From positions 222,381 to 286,380 of the forward strand of contig JBAQNM010000005.1 in the NCBI GenBank assembly GCA_049303795.1: a DNA stretch of 64,000 nt, given 5' to 3'. Every line of letters begins with the position of its first letter. The first letter of the stretch is position 1. Positions 1 to 10,752 of this stretch are shown here, one piece after another. A program made the translations under genes and the position numbers. The stretch is from Candidatus Moraniibacteriota bacterium. GTDB taxonomy: Bacteria > Patescibacteriota > Minisyncoccia > Moranbacterales > UBA2206. The notes beneath the pieces are model-generated. The model searched no databases. It saw only the letters and a list, made by a program, of their open reading frames with translations, and was not told the origin of the DNA.

Positions 1-202
<202 letters not shown>

Positions 203-262
203 TTAGTTGTTACTTAATTGCTATATTGTAAATTTAATTTTTATTATTTAAATTCGGAAAAA

Positions 263-637
263 TTAACTCCCTTCTCTCGAGAGGAAATAAAATTCAATCA
301 AAAATATTCCTGCTACAACCAAAAGACCATCCCACCAAATTAACATTCGTAAACCCTGCAAGACAAGCAGGATTATCGCTAATATTGCTAGCAGTATCCC
401 TTGGCGAAAACTTAAAACAGTATTTTCATAGACCAGCTCTCCATGCATATTCTTTTTTCGCAAGCGCAATAAAAACAAATTAAACATTCCTGCTAAAAAG
501 AAAAAAAGTGCTGAGTAGAAATATATTTTTGAAAATGAACCAGCTTCCGGATCGATGCGTAAAATTATAAACACCAAAAAAGCAAGAGAAAGAAAAGTAA
601 TTATTCGCAATATCCAAAGATAACCTTTTGATATCAT
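263..637 (-). CDS. hypothetical small integral membrane protein (3-4 TM helices)
   Basis: Hydrophobic helices in a 124-aa ORF; no recognisable family. Confidence 0.35.
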   Translation of the reverse strand: MISKGYLWILRIITFLSLAFLVFIILRIDPEAGSFSKIYFYSALFFFLAGMFNLFLLRLRKKNMHGELVYENTVLSFRQGILLAILAIILLVLQGLRMLIWWDGLLVVAGIFLIEFYFLSREGS

Positions 638-847
638 ATTTTTGGTTTTTATTGCTAAATTTTTTATTTCACCAACCTTTTTAGACTGTTAACAATCAAA
701 AACCAAGACAGGAAATGTCTCTCTGTTTTTGCTTATCTAGTGCTCTTTTTGCACCTTTCTATTATAGCTTTTTTTGAAAATTAGTGCAAGCGTAGTGCGT
801 TAAAAACTAGCAGATGCGATAACTCAACGAATCAGAAACACTTCCAA

Positions 848-1771
848 TCATCCAGCTAAGACCAAATCTCTCATTAAAAAATTCACAAAGTCCATCGGAG
901 AATCATTGAGAATTACCACATCGAAAAGATTAGCAAATGATTTCAAAACATAATCCATTGAACTATCATTCAAAAGTAAAACGTCATAAGAATCCTTGAA
1001 TTTTTCCAAATCAACAGATACTCCCTCATTCAAAAAACCGATTTTAATTATGTTATCATAATCAAATCCCTGCACCATCGATGCGTCTCCTTCACCATCT
1101 CCCAGAAGAATTATATTTTTTCGTTCCCGAATAGCTCCAAAAAAATCCATTTCTTTTATGGAAGAATAATTTTTATTAAAAGTATGAATAATCGGCTCTT
1201 GAACGCCAATTGCTTTTCCATTATCATCCCATTTTAAAACATTAGAAGCGATGTGGATATTTTTATATAGAACATTATGATTTCCAAGATACATCTGGAT
1301 AGTTTCAAATCCCAACCCAGCCGCCGACAAAATAACCAGTGGGATATTATTTTTATTCAAAAAATCCATAAATTCAACTGCGCCAGAGCGAAGTGAAATC
1401 TTTTTCGATTGCGCCACGAGTGCTAAATCTTTTTTAGATAAGCCCGATTTAATCAGTAACTCGTAATGCTCACTCCACCAACGATGCATTAACGTTTGTT
1501 TTTCTGACAAAGAAATATTCGGGTCAATTTCTGCCGGATGATATTTGTCATACAACGCCTGAGCTTTTTGCGGATAATCTGGTGTTAGATATTTTTCATC
1601 GCGCAAAATTGAAATAAGGGATGGAATTTTTGCACCATCAACAAAGCAAGATGTCAAAGTTTTGTCAAAATCAGAAACCACATGCAATTTTTCTGTGCCA
1701 GAAAGAGCAATCCGTTTTTTTATTTCAGAAAGCTTTTCCTTGTTCGTGATGATTACATTCCTAAATGACAT
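848..1771 (-). CDS. HAD-superfamily pyrimidine 5'-nucleotidase-like hydrolase
   Basis: DFDKTLT motif I and an overall cytosolic 5'-nucleotidase III-like layout (..ILSAAGLG.., ..LLGDGEGD..). Confidence 0.55.
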   Translation of the reverse strand: MSFRNVIITNKEKLSEIKKRIALSGTEKLHVVSDFDKTLTSCFVDGAKIPSLISILRDEKYLTPDYPQKAQALYDKYHPAEIDPNISLSEKQTLMHRWWSEHYELLIKSGLSKKDLALVAQSKKISLRSGAVEFMDFLNKNNIPLVILSAAGLGFETIQMYLGNHNVLYKNIHIASNVLKWDDNGKAIGVQEPIIHTFNKNYSSIKEMDFFGAIRERKNIILLGDGEGDASMVQGFDYDNIIKIGFLNEGVSVDLEKFKDSYDVLLLNDSSMDYVLKSFANLFDVVILNDSPMDFVNFLMRDLVLAG

Positions 1772-1789
1772 AAAATTTTTACTACAAAA

Positions 1790-2155
1790 TTATTCAACCC
1801 CCTCCAACATCAAAATTCTCTTTTTAAAACCACCTCTTTTGTCAGCTTTTTCTTTCTGCACTTTCCTAACCGTTTCCCAATCTAGCCCGCTGAATTCCAA
1901 GATAGTATCTAAAAGTTCCATTACGTCACCCATTTCCTCAACTAAATGCTCCCTATCTTTTGTTTCTGCCAATTCACTCGCCTCCTCTACTACTTTTTTC
2001 AATAAAAATTTAAAAAACTTTTCATCCTCTTCTAAAATTTCAGTTTTTACTTTCTTGCCAGTTATCTGCTCCACGATTTCTGAGATCTTATCTCGTACTA
2101 ATTTCGGATATTCATTTTCTTTTTCCAACTTAGTTTCAAAATGTTCGTATTTCAT
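1790..2155 (-). CDS. MazG-like nucleotide pyrophosphohydrolase
   Basis: Small all-alpha protein with a MazG/HisE-like EExxE..LxEEMGDVMELL motif. Confidence 0.55.
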   Translation of the reverse strand: MKYEHFETKLEKENEYPKLVRDKISEIVEQITGKKVKTEILEEDEKFFKFLLKKVVEEASELAETKDREHLVEEMGDVMELLDTILEFSGLDWETVRKVQKEKADKRGGFKKRILMLEGVE

Positions 2156-2206
2156 ATTTTTTTTCTTAAAAAGAGCGAGGACTTTCGTCCCCGCTCCAAA
2201 TTAAAG

Positions 2207-4132
2207 TTATTCTTTTTTATCTCCCTCTTTCGTCTCCGCATCCTTCACTTCCGATTCTGCTTTTGCTTCACCTTCTTTCGGAGCTTCTTCTGTTGCCCCT
2301 GGAGTAGGTTGCTCTGCTTGCGCCGCTTTATAAAGCTTCTCGCCAATCTTTTGCGCTTCGAGTGAAAGTTCTTCGGTGGCTTTTTTAATTGCTTCGCTGT
2401 CATCGCCATCTTTAACTTTTTTCAAAGCTTCAATTTTTTCTTCCACTGGTTTTTTCTCATCAGCAGTAATCTTATCTCCAGCATCACGCAAGGCTTTTTC
2501 AGTTGTGTAAACCAAAGTGTCGGCCATATTTTTCGCTTCAATTGATTCCTTCTTTTTCTTGTCTTCCTCAGCATGCACTTCAGCATCTTTTTTCATTTTC
2601 TCAATTTCTTCTTTGGAAAGTCCAGATGATGCTTCAATACGAATTGATTGCTCCTTGTTAGTTGCTTTATCTTTAGCTTTAACATTCAAAATTCCATTAG
2701 CATCAATATCAAACGTCACTTCGATTTGTGGAATACCACGAGGTGAGGGTGGAATACCATCAAGAATGAAACGTCCCAGAGTTTTATTATCAGAGGCCAT
2801 TTCTCTTTCTCCTTGCAAAACATGAATCTCCACGCTTGGTTGATTGTCAGCAGCAGTTGAGAAAACTTGAGATTTGGAAGTTGGGATAGTTGTATTGCGA
2901 TCAATTAGTGGCGTGCGCACTCCGCCCATTGTTTCAATTCCAAATGTTAATGGAGTCACATCAAGCAAAAGCACATCTTTCACATCACCTTGCAAAACTC
3001 CTCCTTGAATAGCAGCGCCCATGGCCACCACCTCATCAGGATTAACAGAAATATTTGGTTTTTTGCCAAAGAATTTTTCGACTGTTGCAAGTACCAATGG
3101 CATTCTAGTCATTCCTCCAACCAGCACGATTTCATTAATATCAGAAACACTCAACTTAGCATCGGCTAGCGCTTTTTTAGTTGGCTCCAAAGTCTTCGCC
3201 ACTAAATCACCTACTAATTCTTCTAGTTTTGCTCGTGTCAATTTCATCACCAAATGCTTTGGTCCATTGGCATCCGTAGTAATGAATGGCTGATTGATTT
3301 CTGTGTCCTGAGCAGTTGAAAGTTCAATCTTGGCTTTTTCCGCTGATTCTTTGATGCGTTGCAAAGCCAAAGGATCTTTGGACAAATCAATTCCTTCCTG
3401 TTTTTTGAATTCATCAATAATCCATCTGATAATCAATTGATCGAAGTCGTCTCCACCCAAATGTGTGTCGCCATTTGTTGATTTAACTTCAACAGTATCC
3501 TCGGAAACTTCCAAAATAGAAATATCAAAAGTTCCTCCACCCAAGTCATACACGGCGATTTTTTCATCTTTCTTTTTATTAAAACCATAAGCCAAAGCAG
3601 CTGCAGTTGGTTCGTTGATAATTCTACGTACATTTAGTCCGGCAATTTCTCCAGCTTCTTTGGTTGCCTTTCTTTGCGCGTCATCAAAATAAGCAGGAAC
3701 AGTAATCACGGCTTCTGTGATTTTCTCACCTAATTTTTCTTCTGCGTCAGCTTTCAATTTTGCCAAAATCATTGCAGAAATTTCTTGCGGAGTATAATCT
3801 TTATCTCCCATTGTCACTTTCACGCCGCCATTAGCTTTAACGATTTTATAAGGCATTAATTTCAAATCTCTTTGTACTTCTTCATCTTCAAATTTTCTTC
3901 CAATCAATCGTTTAATGGAAAATAAAGTATTTCCCGAATTGGTCACTGCCTGACGTTTAGCCAAAAGACCAACAAGACGCTCACCAGATTTGGAAATTGC
4001 CACCATGGAAGGTGTTGTACGATTACCTTCTTTGTTTTCAATTATAGTTGGTGAACCACCTTCTACAACTGACATTGCGGAATTGGTTGTTCCCAAGTCA
4101 ATTCCTAATATTTTTGCCATATTATTTTTCAA
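2207..4132 (-). CDS. dnaK: molecular chaperone DnaK (Hsp70)
   Basis: N-terminus [24 protein letters not shown], and a full-length 641 aa with an acidic C-terminal tail. Confidence 0.97.
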   Translation of the reverse strand: MKNNMAKILGIDLGTTNSAMSVVEGGSPTIIENKEGNRTTPSMVAISKSGERLVGLLAKRQAVTNSGNTLFSIKRLIGRKFEDEEVQRDLKLMPYKIVKANGGVKVTMGDKDYTPQEISAMILAKLKADAEEKLGEKITEAVITVPAYFDDAQRKATKEAGEIAGLNVRRIINEPTAAALAYGFNKKKDEKIAVYDLGGGTFDISILEVSEDTVEVKSTNGDTHLGGDDFDQLIIRWIIDEFKKQEGIDLSKDPLALQRIKESAEKAKIELSTAQDTEINQPFITTDANGPKHLVMKLTRAKLEELVGDLVAKTLEPTKKALADAKLSVSDINEIVLVGGMTRMPLVLATVEKFFGKKPNISVNPDEVVAMGAAIQGGVLQGDVKDVLLLDVTPLTFGIETMGGVRTPLIDRNTTIPTSKSQVFSTAADNQPSVEIHVLQGEREMASDNKTLGRFILDGIPPSPRGIPQIEVTFDIDANGILNVKAKDKATNKEQSIRIEASSGLSKEEIEKMKKDAEVHAEEDKKKKESIEAKNMADTLVYTTEKALRDAGDKITADEKKPVEEKIEALKKVKDGDDSEAIKKATEELSLEAQKIGEKLYKAAQAEQPTPGATEEAPKEGEAKAESEVKDAETKEGDKKE

Positions 4133-4259
4133 GTATTAGCTATATGTTTTTCAAAAAAACGCGTAGCAATACTTTTTGTTAATTTATAAATTTTTATCCT
4201 ATTAATTTAGGTCATCTGACCTATTGACTGACAAATTAATTTGTCAGTCTAAGGTCAGA

Positions 4260-4679
4260 TCACTCTTTGATCTTAACGGCGATTTTTTTCGGCTTCACCT
4301 CATCCGCTTTAGGAATAATAATTTTCAACATTCCCTTGGAAGAATGAGCGTCTGCCATGTCAGCCTTCACCGCCATTGGCAGAATTACCGAGCGAGCAAA
4401 GGATCCAGTGCGCACTTCTTTTCGATAGTAATCTTCGCGCTTCACCTCTTTCTTCTCTTCGGTCGAACCGGAAATAGTCAACACATCATTTTCAATCGAA
4501 ATTTCCACTTTTTCCGGATCAACGCCAGCGAGCGGAGTTTCCACAATCACGTTATCTTTGTCTTGATAAACATCCACTGCCGGAGTAAAATCCACCCCTT
4601 CAAACATCTCGTCCTCAAAAAATCTGTTAAGATCTCGCATTGGAGACCAATGAATAATTCCCCTGTTCATATTATTCAC
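4260..4679 (-). CDS. Hsp20/alpha-crystallin small heat-shock protein
   Basis: alpha-crystallin domain (..VDVYQDKDNVIVETPLAGV..LTISG..GMLKIIIPK). Confidence 0.85.
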   Translation of the reverse strand: MNNMNRGIIHWSPMRDLNRFFEDEMFEGVDFTPAVDVYQDKDNVIVETPLAGVDPEKVEISIENDVLTISGSTEEKKEVKREDYYRKEVRTGSFARSVILPMAVKADMADAHSSKGMLKIIIPKADEVKPKKIAVKIKE

Positions 4680-4732
4680 CTCCCTTCTAATTAAATTACT
4701 TTTTATCTAAACTTTTTTCAAAAAAATTATTT

Positions 4733-5299
4733 CTATCCCACAATCACTCTCGCCGCCCGAATCACCCTGTTATTAAGTTTATAGCCTTTCAGCACAACTT
4801 TTTTAATTTTATTTCCAGGCTCTTTTTCATCTTCTTCTTTTTTTGAGTCTTCCGCCTTTTGATTATCGGCAATTGCTTCGTGCAAATTCGGATCAAATTC
4901 ATCTCCCATTTTCACATCCATTTCAACAACTTCGTTTTCTTTCAAAATATTTTCCAATTGTTTTTGAATATACATTATTCCCACCACCCAAGCCGCCTCT
5001 TTTTGTTCTTCCGGAATATGCTCAGTAGCGCTACGGAAATTATCAATCACCGGCAACACTTGCAAAATTAAATCTTCCTTAATATATGCGCCGATATTTT
5101 TCTGATTTTCTTGTTGGCGTTTTTTATAATTCTCGAAATCAGAAAGACAACGCTTCCAGCCTTCCAGATATTCCTGCTCCTTGTTTTCAAAGACATCTTC
5201 GTTTTCAAGTTTTTCTGACACTTCAATGCTTTCTAATTTTTCTGCTTCAATATTTTCTTCAATTTTTTCATCTTCTTTTTTATTTTTTTTCTGCTTCAT
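4733..5299 (-). CDS. grpE: nucleotide exchange factor GrpE
   Basis: GrpE coiled-coil and beta-domain motifs (..YKKRQQENQKN..VLPVIDNF..GYKLNNRVIRAARVIV). Confidence 0.9.
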   Translation of the reverse strand: MKQKKNKKEDEKIEENIEAEKLESIEVSEKLENEDVFENKEQEYLEGWKRCLSDFENYKKRQQENQKNIGAYIKEDLILQVLPVIDNFRSATEHIPEEQKEAAWVVGIMYIQKQLENILKENEVVEMDVKMGDEFDPNLHEAIADNQKAEDSKKEEDEKEPGNKIKKVVLKGYKLNNRVIRAARVIVG

Positions 5300-5303
5300 G
5301 CTT

Positions 5304-6041
5304 TTAAATAAAATTTATTCCAATTAAAATTACTGCACTTGAACTTAATAATTTTTTCATATAATCCATTAGGGATTTATTTTTCGCATATTTCATCCGT
5401 TTTGGGCCAATAATTGCCAAGAGTCCTTTCTCACCTTCTTTTGTTTCGTAAGGGGAAACAATCATGGAGCAATTAGAAATACCTTTGATTGGATTTTCTT
5501 TGCCGATAAAAATTTTCGTTTCGCCAATTTTTATTTTTTGTAAAATTGTGTCGATATTCTCATCAATATAATCAAGCGCCTCTGCTACTTTGCAAAACTC
5601 ATCAATTTCTTGAAATTCCGGATTTTCCAATAGCTCACTCATTCCAAAATCATAAAATTCTTTTTCTATTCCCGTTACCGCCAAACTACCACTAAGTGAT
5701 GATAATAATTTTGCTGTTGAGCGGGATAGTCTAATGTTTTGCGCTTTTAATTTCAAAAGTTCTGCTTGCATATTTTTTTGCTCAGAGAGGGTCAACTCCT
5801 GCGCCGGCATAATTTCCGAAACAAAATAACGATAACCTCTGTCAGTCGGGATGCGTCCAGCGCTGGTATGTGGTTGATAGAGATAGCCGTCTTTTTCCAG
5901 TTCAGCCATATCATTTCTGATTGTTGCCGAGCTAAGGTCTTTGATATATTTTTCCGAGATAATCTTCGATCCAACTGGAACAGCTGAGGCGGTATATTCC
6001 TCTATCACTATTGCTAATATTTTTTGCAATCTATCTTCCAT
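5304..6041 (-). CDS. hrcA: heat-inducible transcription repressor HrcA
   Basis: N-terminal winged helix (ILAIVIEEYTASAVPVGSKII) and the HrcA family signature; first gene of the hrcA-grpE-hsp20-dnaK operon. Confidence 0.9.
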   Translation of the reverse strand: MEDRLQKILAIVIEEYTASAVPVGSKIISEKYIKDLSSATIRNDMAELEKDGYLYQPHTSAGRIPTDRGYRYFVSEIMPAQELTLSEQKNMQAELLKLKAQNIRLSRSTAKLLSSLSGSLAVTGIEKEFYDFGMSELLENPEFQEIDEFCKVAEALDYIDENIDTILQKIKIGETKIFIGKENPIKGISNCSMIVSPYETKEGEKGLLAIIGPKRMKYAKNKSLMDYMKKLLSSSAVILIGINFI

Positions 6042-6062
6042 ACTTCTATTATAACTATTGAG

Positions 6063-6089
6063 TTAGCAGTCGTCAAGCCTGAGTGCTAA
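6063..6089. promoter_or_regulatory. CIRCE operator (HrcA binding site) upstream of hrcA
   Basis: TTAGCAGTC-N9-GAGTGCTAA versus consensus TTAGCACTC-N9-GAGTGCTAA (one mismatch), about 20 nt upstream of the hrcA start. Confidence 0.8.
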
Positions 6090-6191
6090 TTACATTTTAT
6101 ACTACGTTTTTAAATTGTCAAGTATTTCAATTATAATCTAAAACGCCTTATAAAAAGGCGCTTTAGAAGATACAGTTTTTTAAAAAAATGC

Positions 6192-7217
6192 TTAAAGACC
6201 AGCCTTATTCTTATTTGCATTATGCTCATCTAATGTTCGAGAGAAAATCAAATTGCTATCAGCATCGCTTAAAAAATAATTGTAGTCTGTTATAGTTGGA
6301 TAAATTGCCGCTCTTATAGCCAATATTCCGGGATTTGAAATTGGTCCTGGTGGCAAGCCTTTATTTATATAGGTATTATAGGGCGAATCAACGCGAGTAT
6401 CTTCAAAGGAATATTGGAATTTTGGCTTAGGATCCTTAAAGACAAAACCTAGAGTCGCACAACTCTGCAGGCTTTGTAAATTTTTAATTCTATTCCAAAA
6501 TATACCAGCAATTATTTTTGCATCATTATCATCAACGCCTTTTTTATAATCAATCAATGCCTCTTTTTCAACAATTGAAGCCATAGTCACAATTTCAAAA
6601 ATTGTTTTTTTCTGATTTTTTATTTCACTCCTTAAATCATCTGTGACTTTTTTTTCAAAATTATCTAAAAATTTTCTGACAATATTCTCAGCAGTATCTT
6701 TCTTGGAATAAAAATAGGTATCAGGGTAAAGATAACCCTCGAGATTTTTTACTTTGTCAACTAGAAGAAAACTATAATCGCCAACTAGCTCGCCAGGATT
6801 ATTTACCAACGCTAAAAAACCATCCCCATCGAGACCCTTCTCATTTAATTTATTGGCAATTTCATCACTTCTTAACCCTTCTGGAAATGTAACCGAAATA
6901 AATTCTTTTTTCTCTTGAGTTATAGAATGCACTATTTCTGGAATAGTCATATTGCCCATTAGCACGTATGTTTCCGGCATAATTTTATTAAGCAGATGAT
7001 TGGTGTAGAGATAATAATAAAAGTAAATTTTTCCTGAAATCAACTTTTTCTCAACCAAATTATCAGCTATCAAGCTTATCCCCTCCCCCTTCTTTATTTC
7101 GAAAACTACAGAATCATTATTTTGACTATGAAAATAATAAACTTGATTACGAAAATAAAAAATTCCGCCAAGCAGAATGAAAATAAAAATAAGTCCTAAA
7201 AGTATTTTTTTGTTCAT
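6192..7217 (-). CDS. mltG: endolytic murein transglycosylase MltG (YceG family)
   Basis: N-terminal TM helix and the YceG signature ..SPYNTYINKGLPPGPISNPG.. Confidence 0.8.
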   Translation of the reverse strand: MNKKILLGLIFIFILLGGIFYFRNQVYYFHSQNNDSVVFEIKKGEGISLIADNLVEKKLISGKIYFYYYLYTNHLLNKIMPETYVLMGNMTIPEIVHSITQEKKEFISVTFPEGLRSDEIANKLNEKGLDGDGFLALVNNPGELVGDYSFLLVDKVKNLEGYLYPDTYFYSKKDTAENIVRKFLDNFEKKVTDDLRSEIKNQKKTIFEIVTMASIVEKEALIDYKKGVDDNDAKIIAGIFWNRIKNLQSLQSCATLGFVFKDPKPKFQYSFEDTRVDSPYNTYINKGLPPGPISNPGILAIRAAIYPTITDYNYFLSDADSNLIFSRTLDEHNANKNKAGL

Positions 7218-7238
7218 TATGATTAAATATTAAGAAGT

Positions 7239-7859
7239 TTAACTTTTAATTTCCGCCATAAAAGAAAAGCTGGAATATTTTTCTTCTTCAAACTCATCTT
7301 CCGCTTTTTTTTCAAAATAGGTCAGATTATTATCAGTCAAAACAACCATTTTTCCACCAACCTTCAGATGCTTCTTCAGTTCATCAATATTTTTTTCTGT
7401 ACCAATAGAAGAAACTAAAATACGATCAAACACTGGCCCTGTCATATAGGAAGCATCTTCATTTTCTGAAAAAAAACTGACTATACCTTTTCTTATATAG
7501 CCAAATTTCTCTACATTAATTTTTCCTGTCTTTTTCAATTCTTCATTATTTTCAACAGCAACAACGCGCCCCTTCTCACCTGCGATATAGGCAAGCAATG
7601 CTGTTGTCCAGCCAGAACCAAACGCAACGTCCAAGATCTCATTTCCTTCTTGAGGATCTAAAAGTTCAAACATAACTGCCGAAGTTAATGGATCGGGAAT
7701 CATACGACCATGACCAATTGGAATTGCGATATTAGCCTCCGCTTGCAAACGAAAGTCTTTTGGCATAAACTCGTAACGGCTTATCTCAGAAAAAGCATCA
7801 ATAATTCGCATTTGTTTCAAATAGCCTTTTTTAATTAAGCTATTAACCAATTTACTCAT
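7239..7859 (-). CDS. pcm: protein-L-isoaspartate O-methyltransferase
   Basis: SAM-methyltransferase fold with PCMT motifs (ILDVAFGSGWTTALLA .. GRVVAVE). Confidence 0.8.
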   Translation of the reverse strand: MSKLVNSLIKKGYLKQMRIIDAFSEISRYEFMPKDFRLQAEANIAIPIGHGRMIPDPLTSAVMFELLDPQEGNEILDVAFGSGWTTALLAYIAGEKGRVVAVENNEELKKTGKINVEKFGYIRKGIVSFFSENEDASYMTGPVFDRILVSSIGTEKNIDELKKHLKVGGKMVVLTDNNLTYFEKKAEDEFEEEKYSSFSFMAEIKS

Positions 7860-7874
7860 ATATTATTTAGCTTC

Positions 7875-8315
7875 TTATAATCCCATTAATTGAACAACGA
7901 TATCTCTCGTTCTTGCTCCGTCCATTTCAGCCACAAAAATACTCTGCTTTTCAGTGAGTATTAGATGGCCTTTTTCAACCGGCACAGTTTCACTAATTCC
8001 CAAAATCATTGCCTTACAATGAGAGTGCCCATTGCTTCTTCCATCGGATTTGCTTTTTTTAGCTAATTCAAAAAGATCATGCGCATAACGATCTTCTACT
8101 GGCACCAAACGATATAGTACTCGCATAAAATCCTGTAAAAGCATCGGCTCATTATGATTAATAAAAATACCCGCTGAAGTATGCGGCGCATATATCAATG
8201 CCGTGCCTTCTCGCACACCAGATTGACCAACAATCTCCTCTACTTGTTTTGTTATATCAATCAACTCAACACTACTCGTACTTTTTATTTGAATTTTTTT
8301 AAGATACACTTTCAT
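7875..8315 (-). CDS. YjbQ/UPF0047 family protein (secondary thiamine-phosphate synthase-like)
   Basis: HTSAGI..NE motif and size typical of the YjbQ family. Confidence 0.65.
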   Translation of the reverse strand: MKVYLKKIQIKSTSSVELIDITKQVEEIVGQSGVREGTALIYAPHTSAGIFINHNEPMLLQDFMRVLYRLVPVEDRYAHDLFELAKKSKSDGRSNGHSHCKAMILGISETVPVEKGHLILTEKQSIFVAEMDGARTRDIVVQLMGL

Positions 8316-8323
8316 ATATTTTT

Positions 8324-9454
8324 TTATTTTATTTTAAAAACTTTAGCAACTATTTTTGCTACTCGCAAATCAAGCGCTTCTGGTATTATCTTACCACTGG
8401 TTGGTTTTTTTATCAAACTGGCAATCGCTTCAGCAACTTTGATTTTGTGATTGTCTGTAATAACTTTCGTATTATTATCAAAAACTCCTCGAAAGATCCC
8501 CGGAAAAGCCAAAACATTATTAAGCTGATTAGGAAAATCACTGCGACCGGTAGCTACAATAAATGCTCCGCCAGCTCGAGCTCTTTCCGGCATAATTTCC
8601 GGAATTGGATTGGCCATAGCAAAAACAATGCTTTTTTTATTCATTTTGGAAATATCTTCCTCCGTCAGAATATTCGGTGCCGATACACCAATAAAAACAT
8701 CTGCTCCGGTCAAGGCGTCTCGCACATTTCCCTGCACATTTTCCGGATTAGTAATTTTGGCGATTTCCATCTTAGAACCATTCAGTCCGCCACTTCTTTC
8801 TTTATAGATAATTCCTATTCTATCAAGCATAACAATATGTTTCGCCCCAGCCTTAATTAAAAGTTTGGCAATTGCCACGCCGGCTGCGCCCGTGCCGGAA
8901 ATAACAATCTTAATTTTAGCTAAATCTTTTTTAGCAACTTTCAGAGCATTAATAAGTCCGGCCAAAACAACAATGGCTGTCCCATGTTGATCATCATGAA
9001 AAACCGGAATATCCAATTCACTCTTCAATCTTTCTTCAATTTCAAAACAGCGTGGTGCTGAAATATCCTCTAAATTTATTCCACCAAAAGTTGGCGCCAA
9101 ATATTTTATCGTCTTGATTAATTCTTCTATATCTTGCGTTGCGAGTACAATTGGAATCGCATCCACTCCAGCTAATTCTTTGAAAAGCAAAGCCTTCCCT
9201 TCCATAACCGGCAGAGCCGCCTCCGGACCAATATTTCCCAAACCTAGAACCGCCGATCCATCAGAAACTACTGCCACTGTATTTTTTCGCATTGTATAAA
9301 CTTTGGAAAGTTTTTTGTCCTTAGCAATTGCTTTGGATAACTCCGCTACTCCCGGCGTATACAAAACCGGCAAAGTTTTCTTTGTAAGTTTTATTTTACT
9401 TATTATCTCAATTTTCCCACCAAGTTTTTTTGAAAGTTGGATTGAATTTTGCAT
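8324..9454 (-). CDS. NAD(P)-dependent malic enzyme (short form)
   Basis: Malic enzyme NAD-binding and catalytic motifs (..YTPGVAE.., GxGxxG ISGTGAAGVAIAK, ..LATQDIEE..). Confidence 0.85.
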   Translation of the reverse strand: MQNSIQLSKKLGGKIEIISKIKLTKKTLPVLYTPGVAELSKAIAKDKKLSKVYTMRKNTVAVVSDGSAVLGLGNIGPEAALPVMEGKALLFKELAGVDAIPIVLATQDIEELIKTIKYLAPTFGGINLEDISAPRCFEIEERLKSELDIPVFHDDQHGTAIVVLAGLINALKVAKKDLAKIKIVISGTGAAGVAIAKLLIKAGAKHIVMLDRIGIIYKERSGGLNGSKMEIAKITNPENVQGNVRDALTGADVFIGVSAPNILTEEDISKMNKKSIVFAMANPIPEIMPERARAGGAFIVATGRSDFPNQLNNVLAFPGIFRGVFDNNTKVITDNHKIKVAEAIASLIKKPTSGKIIPEALDLRVAKIVAKVFKIK

Positions 9455-9462
9455 AAGCTAAA

Positions 9463-10404
9463 TTATTTTAACTTCAACATCTTATACGCCCCATTCGCAG
9501 CCAGTGCGCCTTCGGCCGAAGCTGTGATAATTTGACGGAATTTGTTTGATCCATTTGTAATGTCACCGGCAGCAAAAATTCCAGGAATATTTGTGCTCAT
9601 ATCCGCATTGACTTTTATATAGCCTTGCTCGTCAGTTTCCACACCAATTCTTTGCGCCAACTCAACGCCAGGCTCTGAGCCGATTTCCACAAAGACACCA
9701 TCCACATTAATATGATTTTGATCTTCATAGGCATTGTCCAGAATAATTTTTTCCACTTTTTGTTCGCCTTTGATTTCGATAATATTAGTATTTCTAATTG
9801 GCACGATTTTTGAATTAGCCGCCATTTTATCTAGCCAAATCGGTTCGGCTGAAAAACGTTCACCACGATAAATCAAATAAACCTTTGAGGCAAAATCGGT
9901 TAATTCTAAGGCCACAACCACAGCTGCATTTCCTCCACCAATCACTGAAACAACTTTATTACGAAAAAACATTGCATCACAAGTTGCGCAATAAGAAACA
10001 CCTTTTCCGGTGAACTCTTTTTCTCCGGGAATATTCATTTTGCGATATTGCGTACCCATTGCCATAATCACAGCGCGAGTTTTATAAACATTTTTAGCTG
10101 TTGTGACTTCAAAAATAGCATCCTCTTTTTTTTCAATTGAAACTATTGATTCGTTTTGTGGAGAGACTCCCAAATTTTTGGCATGCTCAGCAAAACGAGA
10201 AAGCAAATCAAATCCGGAAACAGAAATATCACCTGGCCAATTTTCAATCTGATGAATCTCGTTGATTTGTCCACCAATCTGAACACCCAAAAGTAAATGA
10301 TCCAATTTATAACGTGAAGCGTAAATTGAAGCAGCTAAACCCGCTGGTCCCGCACCAATAATAATCAGATCGTAAAGCTCATCCATATTTTTTATTTTAC
10401 GCAT
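9463..10404 (-). CDS. trxB: thioredoxin-disulfide reductase
   Basis: FAD motif IIGAGPAGLAA, redox-active CATC, and NADPH motif GGGNAA. Confidence 0.9.
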   Translation of the reverse strand: MRKIKNMDELYDLIIIGAGPAGLAASIYASRYKLDHLLLGVQIGGQINEIHQIENWPGDISVSGFDLLSRFAEHAKNLGVSPQNESIVSIEKKEDAIFEVTTAKNVYKTRAVIMAMGTQYRKMNIPGEKEFTGKGVSYCATCDAMFFRNKVVSVIGGGNAAVVVALELTDFASKVYLIYRGERFSAEPIWLDKMAANSKIVPIRNTNIIEIKGEQKVEKIILDNAYEDQNHINVDGVFVEIGSEPGVELAQRIGVETDEQGYIKVNADMSTNIPGIFAAGDITNGSNKFRQIITASAEGALAANGAYKMLKLK

Positions 10405-10711
10405 TCTCTAATGCATTTTTTAAAACTTCCTTTGCTTGCATCCCAACGAATTCTTGAACGACCTTTCCACCTTTGAAAATTTTTAAAGCAGGAATAGACA
10501 TAATACCATTTTCTTCGGCTGTCTTAGAATTTTCATCAACATTAATTTTTCCCACTTTGGCTTTGCCTTCAACTTCCTTAGCCAATTCTTCAATAACAGG
10601 TCCCATTGCTTGACAAGGACCACACCATGGAGCCCAAAAATCAACGAGCACTGGTCTTTCACTTTTCAATACCTCTTGATCAAAATTTTGATCAGTAAAA
10701 ATCATTGCCAT
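10397..10711 (-). CDS. trxA: thioredoxin
   Basis: WAPWCGPC active site in a 104-aa protein. Confidence 0.92.
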   Translation of the reverse strand: MAMIFTDQNFDQEVLKSERPVLVDFWAPWCGPCQAMGPVIEELAKEVEGKAKVGKINVDENSKTAEENGIMSIPALKIFKGGKVVQEFVGMQAKEVLKNALENA

Positions 10712-10752
10712 ATATTTTTTTATAAGTTATTAACAAATTATTTTTATTTTTC

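Noticed and set aside
1662-2365. ORF-track entries 1662..2204(+), 2141..2365(+), and many similar small ORFs antisense to dnaK, grpE, hrcA, the malic enzyme and other genes (e.g. 2517..2825, 3021..3293, 4224..4694, 4843..5307, 8181..8860, 12927..13398, 13586..13826).
   Set aside because: They lie entirely within, and antisense to or out of frame with, long well-supported genes. They have low-complexity or Ser/Phe/Leu-rich translations typical of shadow ORFs in AT-rich DNA. None has a family signature.
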